A DNA stretch of 43,927 nucleotides from Chiloscyllium plagiosum. Taxonomy: Eukaryota. Within the stretch, counting starts at the first letter, position 1; each line of letters begins with the position of its first letter. Shown here in pieces: positions 36,801 to 43,927 of the stretch. The translations under genes were made by a program, and so were the position numbers. The notes under the pieces are model-generated. The model worked only from the letters and a program-made list of their open reading frames with translations, did not search any database and had not been told where the DNA came from. The stretch covers positions 17,380,472-17,424,398 of the forward strand of contig NC_057750.1 of NCBI RefSeq assembly GCF_004010195.1. The letters are read 5' to 3'.

Positions 36801-37674
36801 AACTGGCTTTGCTGGTCAATGCTGAATTGGCCACATGGGTATTTTCCTGGTGGTGGAGAAAACAAATACAGATATAATAATAAAGTCTATTCACAATGGT
36901 GTCTACACTTTTCTGTCTTACAGTAAAAAACAGACCCAGGGCCCTCTTATGAAAAAAGGAACTGATCTCTCTGGGTCTGCACTGCATTTCAATATCACCC
37001 ACTTTGTCCAATATTCAAAACTGGGTTTCACCCTCAGAACCATTTACAAACGAATCGAGGTGCTGTGCCCGGTATTTCAGTGAATATGAAATGGAAGGTT
37101 TTGAAAAGAGCAAGAGAATTGACAGATTTCACGGAGACGCCTTGATCCGGGTTAGTAAGGACTGGCAGGCCGCGTGTATGAACCCTGATAACCTACAGCG
37201 GTTCTCTCTGGTTACAAAACGAAGAATTTCAGAGTGAAATGGCAAGTGAGTGTCAACTTGTTCACACAGAGTAACGGAATGGTGAACCCATGGTGTTTGG
37301 GTTCAACTGGAAGTTGGAAATTACAGATAGAATATAAATTAAGCAAAAAACCTCAAACTCTAAACCTTTACTCCTGCTCCCATTGGATTGTGTGGTGTCC
37401 CAGCGTCACTTTAAGAAACAAGCACATGATCACTTCAGTTTCCTAGCATGTGGCCTGAAGGTCTCAGATTCTATCCTCCTTGGGATCACTTGAACAGTAT
37501 GAGAAATATGTTCTTTTTTCACCAATATTGGTGCAAGTACCTTTAAAATCTGTCAATACAATCATTGTACTATATCAATATAATAGTCAGTGGTAATAAA
37601 TGTCTGTCAGATTCTTCAATACCACCTCCTCTACTCCCGTTTCTTGTGTTGCCAGTGATAAGGTAAGATTGGTC

Positions 37675-37835
37675 ACATCAGGCTCCTTAGACCTTCCAAA
37701 CCCACAACTACTTCCATCTAGAAGGAGAAGGGCAGCCGATATATGGAAACACCACCCCCTCCAAGCCACTCACCATTCTGACTTGGAAATATATCGCTGT
37801 TCCTTTGCTGGGTCAAAATATTGGAACTTCCTCCT
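37675..37835 (+). mobile_element. Second CR1-group LINE fragment
   Basis: CTTCCATCTAGAAGGAGAAGGGCAG...GACTTGGAAATATATCGC. Confidence 0.7.
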
Positions 37836-38534
37836 TAAAAGCAGGCAGACACCATACACCCGTACACGCCCACACATGCCACTCTCTGATCTCAGACATG
37901 AATATCCATTGCTAACAATCTGACCTCCCCTGTGCAGGATAGGCTAGGCCTTCCCAGACCAGGGTGGCGAAGAGGACCAGGATGAGCTACATTCCCCTCA
38001 GCATCCTCGAGGATATGGTTCGGTGAATCCGTGGGTGTAGTAATGAGACTGGGGACCCATCCGGGACGAGGTTCCTGCCTCCTCCACCTTCTCCACAAAC
38101 ACCTCACAGTCAGCCTGAAAGGTGCATCGAAACAGAAACTGCAGGTGGTGCAACTTCAGAATTCCCCTCCACAGCTCAGGATTCCCTGACTCAACCCCCT
38201 CTCCCTGGAGGAGCTCTGTGTTGTAAACAGCCAGGAATTGTCACTGTTCAGCCTCTGCAGAAGGAGGTGGGGGAGTAAGAGGTCAGGGTGAGCTCTGAGG
38301 GAGGGGCTGTTACTCATTCTCACACCGACAGCCAGTTCCTACATTGGCTCTGAATGCACCCCCACCCCCTCCCCACCCCACTTTAACTGCATGTGTGCAC
38401 AGTGAGTAATAGGGTAGGAGTGGATAGCACACTCCACCACTCAGGAGGGAGAAGGACAACCTGGATAGAGAGGCAACTGAGAACTCCAGGGGACGGATCT
38501 ACAGCGGAGCACTGCTGAACCTGTTAAAATTTGT

Positions 38535-39020
38535 TTGGGAAGTGGACATTGCCGGCTGGTCAGCATTTATTGCCCGTCCCCAGTTGCCCCTTGAGAAAGT
38601 GGTAGTGAGCTGCCTTCTTGACCCACAATGCCTTGAGCGAGGGAGTTCCAGGATTTTGACCCTTGCAAAGGGGTGTGCTTTCCCACGTAGCTGCTGCCCT
38701 TGTCCTTCTAGATGGAAGTGGGTCTGGAAGGTGCTGACTAATTACTGCAGCGCATCTTATAGATAGCACACACTGCGGCTACTGAGCGTCAGTGGTGGAG
38801 GAAGTGGATGTGATGCTAGTCAAGTGGGGGCTGCTTTATCCTGGATGGTGTCGAGCTTCTTGAGTGTTGTTGGAGCTGCCCCCATCCAGGCAACTGGGGA
38901 GTATTCCATCACACTCCTGACCTGCACCTTGTAGATGGTGGACAGGCTTTGGGGAGTCAGGAGGAGAGTTACTCGCCGCAGTATTCCTAGCCTCTGAGTT
39001 GCTTTTGCAGTCAGTTTCTG
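38535..39020 (-). mobile_element. Second CR1-group LINE 3' portion
   Basis: LGILRRVTLLLTPQSLSTIYKVQVRSVMEYSPVAW..LDTIQDKAA in ORF 38820-39224. Confidence 0.85.
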
Positions 39021-39323
39021 GTCACGTGGAGGAGGAGGGAAGGGTTGGGGATTCAGTCTTGGCCTCCTGACACTGCCGCCCCCGGACTGGTGGGGGCCTC
39101 GGTGAGACCGAGCACAGGCGCAGGGTGATCCATGGGGAAAACCAGACCAACACCTCGAGGACATGTTTATCCAAAACCCAGAAAGCACAGCGTTCTCTTT
39201 CAAACACTTTAATGGCAATGGCAAACACTAATGGAAACAGCGAGGGAACGAGCTGTATCCCATGTAGTGAGCAGACCCTCTGGCATACAATAACTCGTTT
39301 AGGACTGGACATTTCCGTGCAGT

Positions 39324-39329
39324 TTTAAT
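39324..39329 (-). promoter_or_regulatory. Probable polyadenylation signal (ATTAAA) of the COX7A gene
   Basis: ATTAAA on the minus strand about 70 nt after the stop codon; a second ATTAAA lies at 39208-39213. Confidence 0.45.
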
Positions 39330-39396
39330 TTATCCAACAAAATCACTTGGTTGAAGGGGAGGCTGGACCAGGCCTCACTGAGCTCCTTGTCTGCCT

Positions 39397-39455
39397 TCAT
39401 TTCTTTTTTCGAGGTAGAGCTGCCTGGAATAAGTGATAGATTGAGAAGAATGTGC
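39397..39455 (-). CDS. COX7A1: COX7A1-like terminal coding exon
   Basis: Strong polypyrimidine acceptor (tctcctcatcttttctccccacag|GC) with phase matching the upstream exon. Encodes (G)TFFSIYHLFQAALPRKKK*, like COX7A C-termini. Upstream exons were not found in the window. Confidence 0.88.
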
Positions 39456-39699
39456 CTGTGGGGAGAAAAGATGAGGAGAAAGCACAATTACTGACAGAAA
39501 TAAAATATTGTCATCAGGAAATACAGCGCAGAGCACCTGGAGTACAGCCCAGTCAGACCTGGAAGAGATATTTCCTACTCAATCTGCTCAGAAACATTCT
39601 GACACACCTCTGGAACAGATGAGACTTGAACCTCACCCTCTTAGGCCAGAGGCAGAGACACTACCACTGTATCATAGGAGCCCTGCTCCAGCCTGGCAA

Positions 39700-39805
39700 G
39701 AATCAGCTGAAGAAGGGTCACTGGACCTGAAACGTGAACTCTGCTTTCTCTCTGCAAAAGCTGCTAGACTTGCTGAGTTTCTCCAGCTGCTTCTGTTTTT
39801 ATTCC
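39700..39805 (+). mobile_element. Penelope-like 3' end within the COX7A intron
   Basis: CTGAAGA-A-GGGTC-ACTG-GACCT-GAAACGTG followed by the family tail GCTGAGTTTCTCCAGC. Confidence 0.7.
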
Positions 39806-39827
39806 AATCCCAGGCACTACTCCTCAC

Positions 39828-39912
39828 CTCCGACAGTGATTGCCATGGTGATACGGTAGAGCACAGCGTCGACCGTTCCTCCCTTCAGGTGGACAGGAAG
39901 ATCATTGTCTGC
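39828..39912 (-). CDS. COX7A1: Cytochrome c oxidase subunit 7A (COX7A1-like), penultimate coding exon
   Basis: Minus strand reads ctacag|GCAGAC...GTCGGAG|gtgagg. The 85-nt exon encodes [28 protein letters not shown](G), the COX7A family HLKGG..D..LYR.TM signature. [12 protein letters not shown] resembles 7A1; paralog assignment is inferred. Confidence 0.9.
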
Positions 39913-40934
39913 CTGTAGTGAGACACCAAACAAACCGGTGAGAAACGGCAATCCTGCTTTCAGCACTCTGCCACACTGCTGCAGTCTGTCAGCGCACAGA
40001 GACGTGGAGCTTTAGTTAGAGGAACAAAAGACCCGGGTTTGCACAGTGTCTTCATAAACTCATAGCATTTCACCATCACTGAGCTACTGATCAATAGGAA
40101 CAGGAGTAGGCCATTCAGCCCTTCAAGCCCAGTCCAGTCTTTGAAACAATCACAACTGATGTGTGCGTGTNNNNNNNNNNNNNNNNNNNNNNNNNNNNNN
40201 NNNNNNNNNNNNNNNNNNNNNNNNNNNNNNNNNNNNNNNNNNNNNNNNNNNNNNNNNNNNNNNNNNNNNNNNNNNNNNNNNNNNNNNNNNNNNNNNNNNN
40301 NNNNNNNNNNNNNNNNNNNNNNNNNNNNNNNNNNNNNNNNNNNNNNNNNNNNNNNNNNNNNNNNNNNNNNNNNNNNNNNNNNNNNNNNNNNNNNNNNNNN
40401 NNNNNNNNNNNNNNNNNNNNNNNNNNNNNNNNNNNNNNNNNNNNNNNNNNNNNNNNNNNNNNNNNNNNNNNNNNNNNNNNNNNNNNNNNNNNNNNNNNNN
40501 NNNNTGTGTGTGTGTGTGAAAGTGTGGGAGGGTGTGCTTGAGGGTGTGGGGATATCTAGGGGTACATGCAATGGTGGGGGTGAGTGTGGGGTGGATTTGA
40601 CAGTACAGGGGTGGGGGTGGTAATTATGTGGAGCTTCTTGGGAAGGTGTTGCTGGGTGACCGTTTCCATGCCAACTCAGCCATATCATTGTTCTTTATGG
40701 GGAACAACCTATTGGGGAATCCTCTGGAGTTACCCTTCCACACCGCACTAGGAAGCACACCACCTGAAGCTGAGATTATGAGGATGAGGCAGGAGGCCCG
40801 GTTTGCACATGGCTGTGCTCTCCATTCCTGCTCTGACGGACCTGGAGGGAGTCCGGGGTGCCTGCTTTCCCCATTGCATGGCGAAGGAAGCTGTTCAAAG
40901 GAGCAGGCCCCAGCCAGTCCCTTCACACTATTTC

Positions 40935-41420
40935 CTTTATTTTATACATTCACAGGATTGGTTTATCGTCATCTTGTGCTATGGGCATTGCTGACGGGCC
41001 CAGCATCTATTTCTCGTCCCTGGTTGCCCTTCAGAAAGTGGTGGCGAGCTGCCTTCTTGAAGCGCTGCAATCTGCGTGCCATAGGTTGACCCAGAAAGCC
41101 CTGAGGGAGGGAGTTCCAGGATTTCAGTGACAGAAAGCGATATATTTCCAAGTCAGGAGGGAGAGGAGCTTGCAGGTGGTGGTGATCACACGTATCTGCT
41201 GCCCTTTGACCTGTGAGATGGTTGTGGTCATGGGTTTGGAAGGTGCTGTCTAAAGGACCCTTGGGGGTAATTGTTGCAGTGCATCTTGGAGATAGCACAC
41301 ACTGCAGCTACTGAGTGTCGGTGGTGGAGGGAGTGGATGTGGTGCCAATCAAGCGGAGGCTGCTTTGTCCTGGAGGGTGTCAAGCTTCGTGAATGTTGTT
41401 CGAGCTACAACCATCCAAGT
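40935..41420 (-). mobile_element. Second CR1-group LINE 3' portion
   Basis: LQRFKKAARHHFLKG peptide; nucleotide similarity to 38535-39020. Confidence 0.8.
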
Positions 41421-41423
41421 ACA

Positions 41424-41526
41424 GCCAGGTTCAGGGCAATGTATTGTATCAGAGCCTGGTTCAGGGCCGTGTATTGTATCAGAGCCTGGTACGGGGCAAT
41501 GTATTGTATCAGTGCCTGGTACGGGG
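41424..41526. repeat. 30-bp minisatellite running into a gap
   Basis: GCCTGGTTCAGGGCAATGTATTGTATCAGA, about 3.5 copies. Confidence 0.9.
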
Positions 41527-43042
41527 NNNNNNNNNNNNNNNNNNNNNNNNNNNNNNNNNNNNNNNNNNNNNNNNNNNNNNNNNNNNNNNNNNNNNNNNNN
41601 NNNNNNNNNNNNNNNNNNNNNNNNNNNNNNNNNNNNNNNNNNNNNNNNNNNNNNNNNNNNNNNNNNNNNNNNNNNNNNNNNNNNNNNNNNNNNNNNNNNN
41701 NNNNNNNNNNNNNNNNNNNNNNNNNNNNNNNNNNNNNNNNNNNNNNNNNNNNNNNNNNNNNNNNNNNNNNNNNNNNNNNNNNNNNNNNNNNNNNNNNNNN
41801 NNNNNNNNNNNNNNNNNNNNNNNNNNNNNNNNNNNNNNNNNNNNNNNNNNNNNNNNNNNNNNNNNNNNNNNNNNNNNNNNNNNNNNNNNNNNNNNNNNNN
41901 NNNNNNNNNNNNNNNNNNNNNNNNNNNNNNNNNNNNNNNNNNNNNNNNNNNNNNNNNNNNNNNNNNNNNNNNNNNNNNNNNNNNNNNNNNNNNNNNNNNN
42001 NNNNNNNNNNNNNNNNNNNNNNNNNNTTCTCCTTTCTCTTCACGGCTTTAGAAGGCTAATCCAGCCACCATGCTGCCACTGTTATGCAGTTGGATTAATG
42101 GAGAGGTTGCCTTAACCCGTATGTGATGCCTTTTAAATGTGTCAACAAAGGCAGACCTTCCCCTGAGAGCCCACTGAACCGTGGGCAAATTCAAAGGATC
42201 GGCGTCGGTGGCAGTGCCCGCCCGAAATGCAAGGCAGGAATTGGCTGGAATGGCTCAGAGCTTCACTTGATGGTAAAGCAGCACCTAGCCTTCCAAGAGA
42301 CCTACTGCCTGGATTCTGGGTGGATTAGAGCTGGGTTGGGGGTGGGGGTGGGGTGGGGGAGCGGTGGGCTACTTATAAGTTTTCATCCAGTGTCCCAAAC
42401 TTTCAGGGAGCCTGTTAACTCTCGCTGTAAATGCTGCTCACCCACATTCTCTCTGAAGTTCATTCTTATCCACTGAGTGAGGTGATGGGAGATGGGGAAA
42501 AATATCACAAGGGTCTCCTGAACTACTCCCAGGATATTCCCCCTTCCCTCCTACTTCACAGTTTGACATACATTCCCCAACGCGACAGAAAGTATCCCTT
42601 GATCAGCTTCGGAGGAGGGGTAGCAGGAGGATGGCCATTCAGTCGTCATGCGTGCCAATGTGTTCAAACCATGCACTTCTAACAGCCTCGAGCTGAAGAG
42701 CTGGGGCTACAGGTACATACAGAAAGAACACACCCGGTTCATTGCTGGGGCTAGTTGTAGGACATTGAAACCCTTGTGCCTTTGGGTAAACATTCAATGT
42801 TTCAGCAGCATCCAGAAGTGTGCCCACTCCTCACCCCTCCAGACCTGCCCTGGTATCTCCAGCAACTGAAAATTAATCTCCAGCTCACTGATGCTAGCAG
42901 CACTCTGAGAAACATTCCTAGCAGTTTGAGGTTTCCAAAAACAAAAAAAAAAGGAACATTTTCATTTCATGAATGTTTAGGAGATCAGGGGACAAAGTAA
43001 TTTGGTGCTTGAGTGACAGTCACGGTGAATTCAGATGGCTAG

Positions 43043-43350
43043 GGTGGCATGGTGGCTCAGTGGTTGGCACGGCTGCCTCACAGCCCCAAGGGACCCGGGT
43101 TCAGTTCTGGCCTCAGGTGACTGTCCGTGTGGAGTTTGCACATTCTCCCCGAGGGTTTCCTCCAGTTTCCTCCCACATTCCAAAAAACGATGTGCATGTC
43201 AGGTGAATTGGCTGTGCTAAGTTACCCATAGTGTTAGTTGCATTACTCAGGGGTAAATGGAGGGGAAATGAGTCTGGGTGGGTTACTCTTCGGAGGGTCA
43301 GTGTGGACTTGTTGGGCTGAGGGGCCTGTTTCCACACTGTCGGGAATCTA
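43043..43350 (+). mobile_element. HE1-type V-SINE
   Basis: tRNA-like head, GGAGTTTGCACATTCTCCCC, tail GGCCTGTTTCCACACTGT.GGGAATCTA. Confidence 0.9.
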
Positions 43351-43479
43351 AAAAGAAAATGAAGGATCAGCTTAGATTCCAGTTGGCTGTGGAAACCTAT
43401 CCCTTCACTAATCTCCTGCACCTCTTTCCCCTGGCCATCTGTCCTGTCTATCTACCCCATTGCTACAATATAAAAACAA

Positions 43480-43750
43480 AATCAGATTCCCTATAGAGTG
43501 GAGACAGACCTTTTGGCCCAACCAGTCCACACCGACCCTCCGAAGAGTAACCCACCCAGACCCATTTCCGCCGAATAATACACCTAACACCATGGGCAAT
43601 TGAGCCTGGCCAATTCACCCTGACCTGTCGGAGAAAACTCACACAGACACGAGGAGAATGTGCAAACTCCACACAGACAATCGCCCAAGGCTGGAATGGA
43701 ACCTGGGACCCGAGTGCTGTGAGACAGCAGTGCTAACCACCGGACCACCC
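43480..43750 (-). mobile_element. HE1-type V-SINE
   Basis: Reverse complement of the same consensus. Confidence 0.88.
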
Positions 43751-43829
43751 ATCAAACTGCCTAATAAAGCTCCCTTGTGTTTCTCATCATTTCAACATCC
43801 TTCTCCCTTCCACATGTCTCTCCTGTCTC

Positions 43830-43927
43830 TCTCCCCACCCAACACGGACTGTCTCTCCATCTCCCCACCCAACACGGGCTCTCTCTCCATCTCCCCACCC
43901 AACACGGGCTCTCTCTCTCTCTCCCCA
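43830..43927. repeat. 30-bp CT-rich minisatellite
   Basis: CTCCCCACCCAACACGGGCTCTCTCTCCAT, three or more copies to the window end. Confidence 0.9.

Noticed and set aside
36835..37237. ORFs in unique sequence as a coding gene
   Set aside because: Short, with no recognisable domain or consistent exon phase.

Overview
Repeat-dense vertebrate genomic DNA with four N gaps (16097-16951, 25826-26325, 40171-40504, 41527-42026). The HE1-type V-SINEs and HER1/CR1 LINEs point to a cartilaginous fish (shark). The only host protein-coding sequence I can support is the last two exons of a minus-strand cytochrome c oxidase subunit 7A gene (COX7A1-like; 39828-39912 and 39397-39455), which the ORF track misses. 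The rest is nested retroelements: CR1/HER1 LINEs, a second CR1-group LINE, Penelope-like elements (PLEs), Tx1, a probable solo LTR, V-/Deu-/Meta-type SINEs and a Tigger/MER44-like MITE. There is also a 20-bp satellite block of about 5 kb that includes a 1.27-kb Tx1 insertion, several TE-seeded minisatellites, and a CCAAT/CRE/YY1 promoter-like site near 7.5 kb with possible non-coding exons. The most interesting signals are fold-back PLE mini-elements carrying minimal hammerhead-ribozyme cores, a perfect 177-bp duplication that starts at a predicted hammerhead cleavage site, and the Tx1 insertion with a clean TSD inside a higher-order satellite. Repeat family names were assigned from recalled consensus motifs, not from database searches.
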